Below are positions 17,934-26,750 of a DNA stretch of 64,000 bases, in pieces. The position numbers and the translations under genes are program-made. Source of the DNA: Clostridia bacterium (GTDB lineage Bacteria > Bacillota > Clostridia > TANB77 > CAG-465); assembly GCA_045537895.1 (NCBI GenBank), contig JAZSQI010000022.1:19290-83289 (forward strand), in the 5' to 3' direction. The stretch's first letter is position 1; each line of letters starts with the position of its first letter. Under the pieces are notes generated by a model. That model saw only the letters and a list, made by a program, of their open reading frames with translations, did not search any database and had not been told where the DNA came from.

Positions 17934-19205
17934 TTAAATATATTCTATAGGAACAAAATATTTATTATCTTCTACTGCAAATATTTCATCTATCATGCAA
18001 AGTACAATTCCATCTCCAACTTCTAGTCCAAACTTATCCACAACATCGAAGTTTTTGAAAGCAGTTTTTCCAGGGTTTGCACTTTTCTTTATTTCTACAG
18101 GATAAACTTTATTATCATAAATTATTAATAAGTCTATTTCCTTTGCATTACTATCTCTATAATAATATAGTCTCATTCTAGGACTCATACCATTGTTAGT
18201 AAATGTTTTTATTATCTCACTAACTACATATGTTTCAAATATAGCACCATTGTATGCACTTTTTTCTAATGTTTCAGCATTTAAATAACCTGTTAAATAA
18301 CAAGCAAGACCTGTATCCATAAAATATATCTTTGGTCTTTTAATTGCTTTTTTAACATTATTATTAGAGTAAGATTGTAACATATATATAAGGTTGGTAT
18401 TTTTAAGAATAGATACCCATTCATCAATTGTTTTACTATCTACTCCTACATCTGTTGCTATATCACTTACGTTATATTCTTGAGCAGTTCTTGCAGCAAC
18501 AGAAGATATAAATCTAAAAAATTTATTTTCATCTTTTACATTTATTAGTTGTCTTACATCTCTTTCGATATATGTTCTAATATATGTTTCATAAAATGCT
18601 GATGTTTTTGTCTCATCTATTTTCCCATTTACAACTTCTGGGTAACTACCATTTAATATTCTTTCAAATAATTTCTTAGTAGATAGTTTTTTTACTTTTA
18701 CTTTTTCTTTTAAAGTTTTAACATCAGGAATAAATATTGTTTCTTCTACGCCTTCTAATTCTCGTGTAGAAAAGCCATACAAATCCAGTATTCCCATTCT
18801 TCCTGCAAGTGATTCACTAACATTAGCCATTGTTTGAAATACTTGTGAACCAGTTAAGAAATACATTGTTTCTAATTCTTTACCATTACCAAACATTGAA
18901 TTTTTTCTTGCTTCATCTACTTTTATTTTTATATATGACAATAGCTGGGGAGCATACTGAAACTCATCTATTATTACTGGAGCTTCATATGTTCTTAAAA
19001 ATAATTCTGGATCTTCTATTGCTTGCTGTCTTACTAGCAGATTATCTAATGATACATAATTTATTTTTCTATTAGAACTAACTGCAAAATAATTTAGCAA
19101 TGTTGTTTTTCCAACCTGTCTTGGTCCTGTTACCATTATAACAGGGAACTTTGTTATTAAAGACTGTATACTCTTTTCTATTGTTCTTGCTTTATATTTT
19201 TCCAT
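17934..19205 (-). CDS. AAA_14-type ATPase with C-terminal DUF4143 (PD-(D/E)xK-like) domain
   Basis: Walker A VTGPRQVGKTT, Walker B VIIDEFQ, C-terminal EIDLLIIYDNKVYPVEIKKS nuclease-like motif. Confidence 0.85.
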   Translation of the reverse strand: MEKYKARTIEKSIQSLITKFPVIMVTGPRQVGKTTLLNYFAVSSNRKINYVSLDNLLVRQQAIEDPELFLRTYEAPVIIDEFQYAPQLLSYIKIKVDEARKNSMFGNGKELETMYFLTGSQVFQTMANVSESLAGRMGILDLYGFSTRELEGVEETIFIPDVKTLKEKVKVKKLSTKKLFERILNGSYPEVVNGKIDETKTSAFYETYIRTYIERDVRQLINVKDENKFFRFISSVAARTAQEYNVSDIATDVGVDSKTIDEWVSILKNTNLIYMLQSYSNNNVKKAIKRPKIYFMDTGLACYLTGYLNAETLEKSAYNGAIFETYVVSEIIKTFTNNGMSPRMRLYYYRDSNAKEIDLLIIYDNKVYPVEIKKSANPGKTAFKNFDVVDKFGLEVGDGIVLCMIDEIFAVEDNKYFVPIEYI

Positions 19206-19259
19206 CTTAACACCTCAATATAAGTGTAACACAAAAACAATATTCTGTCTAGTACTTTT

Positions 19260-19294
19260 TAGAGAAATATGGAGTTTAACTCCATATTTCTCTA
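19260..19294. promoter_or_regulatory. 35-bp near-perfect palindrome upstream of the ATPase gene
   Basis: TAGAGAAATATGGAGTT-T-AACTCCATATTTCTCTA. Confidence 0.4.
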
Positions 19295-19380
19295 AATTCT
19301 ACATTTTTTGCAAATTACTACTTTTTAATTTTGATTTTCTATATGTGTACATTTGTATTATTATATATATATTATTATAG

Positions 19381-19450
19381 GGGACATTTTTGTCCCTACC
19401 CTGAGGACATTTTTGTCACCACCCCTAGGGACATTTTTGTCTATACCCCT
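19381..19450 (+). repeat. Three tandem 22-24-bp direct repeats, each containing GACATTTTTGTC
   Basis: GGGACATTTTTGTCCCTACCCT / GAGGACATTTTTGTCACCACCCCT / AGGGACATTTTTGTCTATACCCCT. Confidence 0.7.
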
Positions 19451-19481
19451 ATGTCATTAATATTTTATAACTTCTTTTATC

Positions 19482-19533
19482 AAAATTGGGGAATGACTGT
19501 TTGACTTGAATTTTATTCCCCAAAAATTCCCCA
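19482..19533 (+). repeat. Right-end copies of the island-terminal repeat (one inverted, one direct)
   Basis: AAAATTGGGGAAT (19482-19494, inverted) and CTTGAATTTTATTCCCCAAAAATTCCCCA (19505-19533, direct copy of 9496-9530). Confidence 0.6.
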
Positions 19534-19685
19534 GTTTTTCTAAATTTTATTAACTTTTATCAAACTTTTTTAAATTTTATTAAACTATATTAAATTTTTA
19601 TAAAATGTTTGTAATTCAGTATTTTAAGCATTTGTGTTGATTTTTACCTGTTTTACCATTAAATCAATTTTGCCATTTGGTGCCT

Positions 19686-19730
19686 CTACGAATCCAAAGG
19701 TTGAGGGTTCGACTCCCTCTGGGTGCACCA
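19686..19730 (+). pseudogene. 3' half of host tRNA-Arg(ACG): loop copy, anticodon stem 3' strand, variable loop, T-arm, acceptor 3' strand, CCA
   Basis: CTACGAA TCCAA AGGTT GAGGG TTCGACT CCCTC TGGGTGC A CCA. It complements the 5' half at 9410-9448. Confidence 0.75.
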
Positions 19731-19733
19731 AAG

Positions 19734-19759
19734 GCAAGTAATAGTTACTTGCTTTTTTT
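19734..19759 (+). terminator. Native terminator of the split tRNA-Arg
   Basis: GCAAGTA-ATAG-TACTTGC followed by T7. Confidence 0.55.
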
Positions 19760-19954
19760 GCGCATGAAAACACACATGACTAAAAATGGTAAAAAATACC
19801 TGCATGTCGATTAATGCTCAAAAAAGGCACTTTGTGTCAAAATAAAACTGATAGTTTTGTAAAAACAGCGTATCGTCATTTTATATTTTGCACAAAATAT
19901 AGTAGTATATATATAAACACTCATAGAGTGATAGCTTCTTTGGAGGTAAAATAT

Positions 19955-20278
19955 ATGGATTATGTGAAATTAGGAGAAAAAATAAAGAAGGAAAGAGTTC
20001 ATAATAGATTAACACAAGAGATGCTAGCAGAAATGGCAGAGATAACTAGTTCATATGTAGGTCAAATTGAAAGAGGAGAACGAAAGGTTACACTATCTAA
20101 ACTTGTGAGAATAGCAAATGTATTAAATGTAAGTGTGGATTATTTATTATCAGACACTATTGATATGATAGATGATGACTTGGAAATAGAAGTGAAAAAT
20201 GCTATGAATAACATGGAAGAAAAAGATAAAAAGATGATAATTGATATAATTAAAATTATAAATGATTACAAAGATTAG
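19955..20278 (+). CDS. XRE-family HTH transcriptional regulator
   Basis: ATG at 19955 follows GGAGGT. LTQEMLAEMAEITSSYVGQIERGERKVTLSKLVRIANVLNVSVDYLL is a canonical Cro/C1 HTH. Confidence 0.75.
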   Translation: MDYVKLGEKIKKERVHNRLTQEMLAEMAEITSSYVGQIERGERKVTLSKLVRIANVLNVSVDYLLSDTIDMIDDDLEIEVKNAMNNMEEKDKKMIIDIIKIINDYKD

Positions 20279-20350
20279 TTTAGCTAATCTTTTTTTATTT
20301 GAATAAAAAATGGTATCAGGACATAGTATGAATATATAGGGTGAATAGAT

Positions 20351-20926
20351 ATGTCAAAAATATGGTCTTTTATGATAATATCAGCTATTGCTTTTTCTTT
20401 TATATGGGGGAATATTGGAGATGTTCCTAATATAATAATGGATTCAAGTATAAATGCTACTGAAAATATCGTAAAACTTATTGGAATGACTTGCTTTTGG
20501 AGTGGTATGTTTAATATACTTCAAAAAACAAGTTTGATAGAAAAATTATCAAAAATCATATCACAGTGCATAAAGAAATTATTTAGGAAAGAGGAAGTAA
20601 ATGATAAAGCAATGGAAAATATAAGTTTGAATATGACTTGCGATATGTTGGGGGTTGGGAATGCAGCAACAGTATATGGATTAAAGGCAATTGAAGAATT
20701 AAATAAAGAAAATGATGATAAAACAAGGGCAAATGATAGCATAATAATGTTTGTTATTTTAAATGCAGCATCTATACAATTAATACCTACGGGTATGATA
20801 ACTCTCAGAGCTATGTATAATTCTCAAAATCCTGTAGAGATAGTTCCTTGGGTATGGCTCGTTACAATAGCCTCGCTAATAGTAGGAATATTATCGTGCA
20901 AAATTTTAAATAAGGTTATTAAGTAA
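20351..20926 (+). CDS. spmA: Spore maturation protein A (nucleoside-recognition domain)
   Basis: 191-aa polytopic protein with an SpmA-like N-terminus, paired with the spmB-like gene downstream. Confidence 0.7.
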   Translation: MSKIWSFMIISAIAFSFIWGNIGDVPNIIMDSSINATENIVKLIGMTCFWSGMFNILQKTSLIEKLSKIISQCIKKLFRKEEVNDKAMENISLNMTCDMLGVGNAATVYGLKAIEELNKENDDKTRANDSIIMFVILNAASIQLIPTGMITLRAMYNSQNPVEIVPWVWLVTIASLIVGILSCKILNKVIK

Positions 20927-20936
20927 GGGATTAAGA

Positions 20937-21461
20937 ATGATAGAATATATTTCAATTATGGCTGTGCCTCTTATGATTTTTGTAATAGTAATTACTGGCA
21001 TAATAGAGAAAAAAGATATATTATCTCTTTTTGTTCAAGGGGCAATAGATGGATTAAAGGTTGTATATAAAATATTTCCTCATATTCTTGCGATTATGGT
21101 TGGCGTTGCTTTATTTAGGGAAACTGGAGCAATGGAAATGGTATTTAAACCGATAAACAGAATATTAAATAGTTTAAATATACCGGAAGATATAGTGACA
21201 CTTTCTATTCTTAGACCAATATCTGGTGGAGCTTCACAATCTGTTGTTATGGATATATTTCAAAATTATGGACCTGATTCTATTCAGGGAAAGATAGCAT
21301 CCGTAATTATGGGTGGAACAGAAACCACCTTTTATGTAATTACAATATTATATGGTGCAGTTGGTATAAAAAAGATAAGGGGAACACTAATATCTGCTCT
21401 TATAGCAGATTTTGTAGCAATAGCTTTATCAATATTTATAGTATTAAAAGGTTTTATATAA
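20937..21461 (+). CDS. spmB: Spore maturation protein B
   Basis: 174-aa polytopic protein adjacent to spmA, in the typical pair arrangement. Confidence 0.7.
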   Translation: MIEYISIMAVPLMIFVIVITGIIEKKDILSLFVQGAIDGLKVVYKIFPHILAIMVGVALFRETGAMEMVFKPINRILNSLNIPEDIVTLSILRPISGGASQSVVMDIFQNYGPDSIQGKIASVIMGGTETTFYVITILYGAVGIKKIRGTLISALIADFVAIALSIFIVLKGFI

Positions 21462-21522
21462 GAAAAAGATATTGTGTTTTACAAAGAAATAGTATATTAT
21501 ATTTTTATAATGAGGTGAAAAT

Positions 21523-21822
21523 ATGGATGTGCTATTTTTATTATTGTTAGTAATAATGTTTATATTTCAAATAATTATGCTAATATTGAGTGCTAGAAAG
21601 AAAAAAAGAAAGATGTTTTTATATACGCTTCTGTTAGAAGTGGTTTGCATATTTGTGGCAATTTTAATTAATTATTACTTTAATGAAATAGCATATAAAT
21701 ATGCCCCGGGCTTTGAAGGCTTTTTTGAAATACTTGCTAGCGTATTATCAGCTTTTTTGTATTTTATAATGTTTATTATTACTTCGATTGCTTTAGTAGT
21801 TAAGACTGCTAAAAACAAATAA
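21523..21822 (+). CDS. Small membrane protein
   Basis: 99 aa, three hydrophobic helices, RBS GAGGTG. Confidence 0.4.
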   Translation: MDVLFLLLLVIMFIFQIIMLILSARKKKRKMFLYTLLLEVVCIFVAILINYYFNEIAYKYAPGFEGFFEILASVLSAFLYFIMFIITSIALVVKTAKNK

Positions 21823-21859
21823 AAAATATATGGTTAATTATGATGAAGGGGAATTATGT

Positions 21860-22336
21860 ATGAGAAGAGATAAAATAAATTACTATTTAGATATTGCGGA
21901 GGTGGTAGCACAAAGAGCTACTTGTTTAAGAAGAAAATATGGTGCAGTTATTGTTAAAAATGATGAAGTTGTAGCATCTGGCTATAATGGTGCTCCAAGA
22001 GGAAGAAAAAATTGTAGCGATTTAGGAAGATGTTTAAGGCAAGAACAAAATATAAAATCGGGAGAAAGGTATGAACTTTGTAGAAGTGTTCATGCAGAAG
22101 CAAATGCTTGTCTTTCTGCGGGCAGAAAAAATTGTATAGGGGCTACAATATATTTAACTGGGCTTGAGGGGGACAAGTATGCAAAAGCAGAGTGTTGTAT
22201 AATGTGTAAACGTTATTTAATCAATTCTGGAATAGAAAGCGTATTTTATAGAATAGACAAAGATAATTATGAAGAAGTAAAAATATCTGACTGGATTGAA
22301 AATGATGAGGGTATGGAAATGTTAGAAAATGTATAG
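21860..22336 (+). CDS. Deoxycytidylate (dCMP) deaminase, ComEB-type
   Basis: HAEANA and CCIMCKRYLINSG zinc motifs. The ATG at 21860 has RBS AAGGGGA. Confidence 0.85.
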   Translation: MRRDKINYYLDIAEVVAQRATCLRRKYGAVIVKNDEVVASGYNGAPRGRKNCSDLGRCLRQEQNIKSGERYELCRSVHAEANACLSAGRKNCIGATIYLTGLEGDKYAKAECCIMCKRYLINSGIESVFYRIDKDNYEEVKISDWIENDEGMEMLENV

Positions 22337-22353
22337 AGAAGGTAGAGTGTAAA

Positions 22354-22662
22354 ATGGCAATTATAAGTATATGTTTGTTAATAATATTAGCATTTGTAAT
22401 AGTTAGCTTAAGTAAGAAAACTAAAGAGGGAGAAAGCCAGGGAAATTCTAATGGAAAATGGAAAAAGATAGGATTGAGCTTACTACTTTGTATACCGTTT
22501 TTTGTGGGGTATTATATGTTGGTAGCTATGATAATATGCATACCATTAGCTATTACTGGTGCTGCAGGACAAGCTGGTTGGGCTTTCGGCATAATAGGTG
22601 GTTTTGCAATATCTCCTATACTTACAGTTGTAACTATATGTAAAGTGGTTTGGAAGAAATAA
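22354..22662 (+). CDS. Small membrane protein
   Basis: 102 aa with three predicted TM helices. Confidence 0.4.
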   Translation: MAIISICLLIILAFVIVSLSKKTKEGESQGNSNGKWKKIGLSLLLCIPFFVGYYMLVAMIICIPLAITGAAGQAGWAFGIIGGFAISPILTVVTICKVVWKK

Positions 22663-22823
22663 TATATGGTTTACTAACATTAATTATTATTTTAATTATA
22701 TATATAGCTTTGGGAATTTATTTAGAAAAAAGAAAATGTAGAGAACAACATCTCTATATTTTTTATATTAAAATTACATTTGCAATAATTGACAAAAATC
22801 GATAGAAATTTTACCCGAAAACA

Positions 22824-22852
22824 TTGACTTTGTGAAATTTGCATGATATAAT
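22824..22852 (+). promoter_or_regulatory. Sigma-A type promoter for rpoB-rpoC
   Basis: TTGACT, 17 nt, TATAAT, about 200 nt upstream of the rpoB start. Confidence 0.5.
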
Positions 22853-23051
22853 AAAGAAAATATTTTTGAGACTATCTGGGAAATATGTAAACTAAAATGT
22901 TGAAGGATGGTAGTATTGTTTGAAAAAAAGATTTGTAACGGGTAACAATTAAATATAAAACTAAGTTGATTTTACATAATAAAATCAATTTGGTTTTTTG
23001 TCGCCTTAAGCAAGTTTTTATGTAAATATTTATAATGTGGGGGGATTTATA

Positions 23052-26000
23052 GTGGTTCATGAAGTAAAAAATGGAAAAACAAGTAGAATGAGTTTTTCTA
23101 AAATCGAAGAAATTATCGATATGCCAGATTTAATCGAGGTACAAAAATCATCATATAAATGGTTTTTAGAATCTGGGCTTAAGGATGTACTTTCTGACAT
23201 CTCTCCTATAATCGATTATTCTGGAAATTTAATGTTAGAATTTGTTGATTATAGACTAGAAGATGAAACTAAGTACACAATAGAAGAAGCAAAGGAAAGA
23301 AGCACAACTTATGCATCACGTCTTCAAGTTAAAGCAAGACTTATGAATAAAGAAACTGGAGAAATTAAAGAGCAGGAAATATTTATGGGCGATTTCCCTC
23401 TAATGACAGAAAATGGAACATTTATTATTAATGGTGCAGAAAGAGTTGTAGTAAGTCAGCTTGTCAGATCACCAGGTGTATATTTTGATAAATCTAGAGA
23501 TAAAACTGGTAAGTTCTTATACACAGCAACAGTAATGCCTAACAGAGGAACATGGTTAGAATTTGAAACAGATGCGCAAGATATGCAATGGGCAAGAGTA
23601 GATAGAACTAGAAAAGTGCCTATGACTACTTTAGTTAGAGCTTTAGGCTTTGAAAAAGACAGCGAAATATTAGAAATATTTGAAGATGATATTCTAGCTG
23701 CAACAATAGCAAAAGATCCAATAAAGACAACTGATGATGCATTGCTTGAAATATACAAAAAATTAAGACCAGGAGAACCACTACACGTAGATGCTGCAAA
23801 ATCATTATTGCTTGGATTGTTATTTGACGCTAGAAGATATGATTTATCTAGAGTTGGAAGATATAAATACAACAAAAAATTAAATATAGGAACTAGAGTA
23901 GAAGGAAAAGTTGCTGCTGAAAATATAGTAAGTGAAGATGGAGAACTTATTGTTAAAAAAGGAGATGTTATCTCTAAAGAATCAGCAGAAATGATTAAAG
24001 ATTTAGGAATAAACATCATATACGTAGATGTAGATGGCAAAAAAGTTAAAGTTATAGGTAACAATACAGTTGATATTTCTAAATACTTAGGTATTGAAAT
24101 AGACAAAAATGTTATAAAAGAAGAAGTTTACTTGCCAGCACTTAAAGAATTACTAGAAGAATTAGGCGATGTAAAAGAAAAGAAACTTAAAGAAGAAATT
24201 GCTAGAAACAGAGAAAGATTAGTTATTAAACATATAACAATGGACGATATTATAGCTTCTATTAACTACTTCTTAAACTTTAACTATGGAATGGGAAAAG
24301 TAGAAGATATAGACCATTTAGGAAATAGAAGAGTTAGATGTGTTGGTGAACTTTTACAAAACCAATTTAGAATAGGTTTAACAAGACTTGAAAGAGTTGT
24401 TCGTGAAAGAATGGCTACACAAGATTTAGATATAGCTACACCACAAGCATTAATAAATATTAAACCAGTTGTTGGTGCTATAAAAGAATTCTTTGGAAGT
24501 TCTCAATTATCACAATTCATGGATCACATTAACCCACTTGCAGAGTTAACACACAAAAGAAGAATATCTGCACTTGGACCTGGAGGATTATCTAGAGAAA
24601 GAGCTGGCATGGAAGTTCGTGACGTTCACTATACTCACTATGGAAGACTTTGTCCTATCGAATCTCCAGAAGGACCTAACATTGGTCTTATAAGTTCGTT
24701 ATCTACTTATGCAAAAATAAATAGATATGGATTTATAGAAGCTCCATATAGACCTGTTAATAAAGAAACTGGAGAAGTTTTAAATGAAATAATATATATG
24801 ACAGCAGATACAGAAGATGGATTTGTTGTTGCACAAGCTAACGAAGAGTTAGATGATAAAAACAGATTGAAAAACAAAATAGTTAAAGCAAGATATCAAG
24901 ATGAAACAATAGAAATTGAAAGAGAAAAAGTTGATTACATGGACGTTTCTCCAAAACAATTAGTTTCTGTTGCTACAGCTATGATACCATTCTTAGAGAA
25001 TGACGATGCTAACCGTGCACTTATGGGATCAAACATGCAAAGACAAGCAGTTCCTTTACTTAGAACAGAGAGCCCTATTGTAGGAACAGGTATGGAATAC
25101 AAAGCAGCTATTGACTCTGGAGTATGTATACTTGCAGGTCAAGATGGTGTTGTTAAGTATGTAAGTGCTGACAAAATAATAGTAGAAGGTAAAAAAGGAA
25201 CTGAAGAACATAGATTAACTAAATATAAACGTTCAAACTCTGGAACTTGTTTAAATCAAAAACCAGTTGTATTAAAAGGACAAAAAGTTAAAAAAGGTGA
25301 TGTTCTTGCAGATGGACCTTCAACAAACAATGGTGAAATGTCACTAGGTAAAAATATTCTTATTGGTTTTATGACATGGGAAGGTTACAACTATGAGGAT
25401 GCTATACTAATATCTGAAGATTTAGTTAAAGATGATGTTTTAACATCTATTCACATAGAAGATTATGACTGTGAGGCAAGAGATACAAAACTTGGACCTG
25501 AAGAAATCACAAGAGAAATACCAAATGTTGGTGATGATGCGTTAAAAGACTTAGATGAAAACGGAATAATTAGAATTGGCGCAGAAGTAAGACCAGGAGA
25601 TATCTTAGTTGGTAAAGTAACTCCTAAGGGAGAAACTGAACTTACAGCAGAAGAAAAATTATTAAGAGCAATATTTGGTGAAAAATCAAGAGAAGTTAGA
25701 GATACTTCTTTAAGAGTACCACATGGTGAAGCTGGAACAATCGTTGATGTTAAAATCTTTACAAGAGAAACATCTGATGAACTAGCACCAGGGGTAAATA
25801 AAGTTGTAAGAATTTATATAGCTCAAAAGAGAAAAATATCAGTTGGAGATAAAATGGCTGGACGTCATGGTAACAAAGGTGTTATATCACGTATTCTTCC
25901 AAGAGAAGATATGCCATATCTTCCAGATGGTACACCACTTCAAATAGTGTTAAATCCACTTGGAGTACCTTCTCGTATGAACATCGGTCAAGTATTAGAA

Positions 26001-26729
26001 GTACATTTAGGTTATGTTGCAAAAATGCTTGGTTGGAAGATAGCAACTCCAGTATTTGATGGAGCAAAAGAAGAAGATATAGAAAAATTATTTGAAGAGC
26101 AAGGATTAAGCAAAACATGTAAAACAGTTGTATATGATGGTAGAAGTGGAGAACCATTTGATATGCCAGTTACAGTTGGTTATATGTACATGTTAAAACT
26201 ATATCACTTAGTTGATGATAAGATACATGCTCGTTCAATTGGACCATACTCACTAGTAACTCAACAACCTTTAGGTGGTAAGGCACAATTTGGTGGTCAA
26301 AGATTTGGTGAGATGGAGGTTTGGGCATTAGAAGCTTATGGCGCTGCATATGCACTTCAAGAAATCTTAACTGTAAAATCTGATGATGTAACAGGAAGAT
26401 TAAAAACATATGAAGCTATAGTTAAAGGAGAATCTGTTCCTGAACCAGGAATTCCAGAATCATTTAGAGTTCTTATTAAAGAACTACAAAGCTTAGGCTT
26501 AGATATGACACTATATAATCAAGGCGACGAAGTTGAGATAAAAGAAACAGTTGATACTCTTCACGAGGGAGAATATGATATACCAACAGAAGACCCAATA
26601 ATTGAAGAAAATCCAGATGAGTATATCTTAGATTCTGATGAAGATGAAGAAACATTAATTGATGATATATCAGGAATTCAAATACAAGATATAGATGAAT
26701 TAGATGATGTATTCATCGATGAAGAATAG
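23052..26729 (+). CDS. rpoB: DNA-directed RNA polymerase subunit beta
   Basis: Conserved throughout (e.g. [49 protein letters not shown]). Probable GTG start at 23052 after the GGGGGGA RBS. The track ATG at 23037 overlaps that RBS. Confidence 0.97.
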   Translation: MVHEVKNGKTSRMSFSKIEEIIDMPDLIEVQKSSYKWFLESGLKDVLSDISPIIDYSGNLMLEFVDYRLEDETKYTIEEAKERSTTYASRLQVKARLMNKETGEIKEQEIFMGDFPLMTENGTFIINGAERVVVSQLVRSPGVYFDKSRDKTGKFLYTATVMPNRGTWLEFETDAQDMQWARVDRTRKVPMTTLVRALGFEKDSEILEIFEDDILAATIAKDPIKTTDDALLEIYKKLRPGEPLHVDAAKSLLLGLLFDARRYDLSRVGRYKYNKKLNIGTRVEGKVAAENIVSEDGELIVKKGDVISKESAEMIKDLGINIIYVDVDGKKVKVIGNNTVDISKYLGIEIDKNVIKEEVYLPALKELLEELGDVKEKKLKEEIARNRERLVIKHITMDDIIASINYFLNFNYGMGKVEDIDHLGNRRVRCVGELLQNQFRIGLTRLERVVRERMATQDLDIATPQALINIKPVVGAIKEFFGSSQLSQFMDHINPLAELTHKRRISALGPGGLSRERAGMEVRDVHYTHYGRLCPIESPEGPNIGLISSLSTYAKINRYGFIEAPYRPVNKETGEVLNEIIYMTADTEDGFVVAQANEELDDKNRLKNKIVKARYQDETIEIEREKVDYMDVSPKQLVSVATAMIPFLENDDANRALMGSNMQRQAVPLLRTESPIVGTGMEYKAAIDSGVCILAGQDGVVKYVSADKIIVEGKKGTEEHRLTKYKRSNSGTCLNQKPVVLKGQKVKKGDVLADGPSTNNGEMSLGKNILIGFMTWEGYNYEDAILISEDLVKDDVLTSIHIEDYDCEARDTKLGPEEITREIPNVGDDALKDLDENGIIRIGAEVRPGDILVGKVTPKGETELTAEEKLLRAIFGEKSREVRDTSLRVPHGEAGTIVDVKIFTRETSDELAPGVNKVVRIYIAQKRKISVGDKMAGRHGNKGVISRILPREDMPYLPDGTPLQIVLNPLGVPSRMNIGQVLEVHLGYVAKMLGWKIATPVFDGAKEEDIEKLFEEQGLSKTCKTVVYDGRSGEPFDMPVTVGYMYMLKLYHLVDDKIHARSIGPYSLVTQQPLGGKAQFGGQRFGEMEVWALEAYGAAYALQEILTVKSDDVTGRLKTYEAIVKGESVPEPGIPESFRVLIKELQSLGLDMTLYNQGDEVEIKETVDTLHEGEYDIPTEDPIIEENPDEYILDSDEDEETLIDDISGIQIQDIDELDDVFIDEE

Positions 26730-26750
26730 GGAATAAGGAGGAAAAAAGTA

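Larger units (their letters stand above)
9442..19692. mobile_element. Integrative island (~10.2 kb) inserted in the tRNA-Arg(ACG) anticodon loop, bounded by a 7-nt CTACGAA direct repeat
   Basis: Split tRNA halves at both ends, CTACGAA at 9442-9448 and 19686-19692, tyrosine integrase and Xis-like genes at the left end, repeat clusters inside both ends. Confidence 0.7.

Noticed and set aside
19381-19450. Tandem repeats as a possible miniature CRISPR array.
   Set aside because: There are only three units, they are directly adjacent with no spacers, and no cas genes lie nearby. Iteron or operator-type repeats fit better.
9449-19685. Whether the 10-kb interruption of tRNA-Arg(ACG) could be an intron or a deliberately split tRNA gene.
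   Set aside because: The insert carries an integrase, an excisionase-like gene and several independent transcription units. It is flanked by a 7-nt target duplication. These are hallmarks of site-specific integration, not of an intron.
23037-23051. ATG at 23037 as the rpoB start.
   Set aside because: The G-rich RBS (GGGGGGA) lies within these codons. The GTG at 23052 gives the usual RpoB N-terminus (VVHEVKNGK.. versus MVHPV..GK..) and proper RBS spacing.
22853-23051. A structured leader (ribosomal-protein-type autoregulatory element or T-box) in front of rpoB.
   Set aside because: Reading the sequence revealed no specifier or T-box sequence, no conserved helices and no terminator/antiterminator pair. 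I leave it as an unannotated leader.
23456-24106. Long antisense ORFs inside rpoB, rpoC, typA, gyrA, the VanW gene and others (e.g. 23456-24106, 28304-28867, 34735-35331, 61200-61703).
   Set aside because: They lie opposite strongly conserved genes, have no RBS, and their products are low-complexity and S/I/F/L-rich. I read them as artefacts of AT-rich codon usage on the opposite strand.
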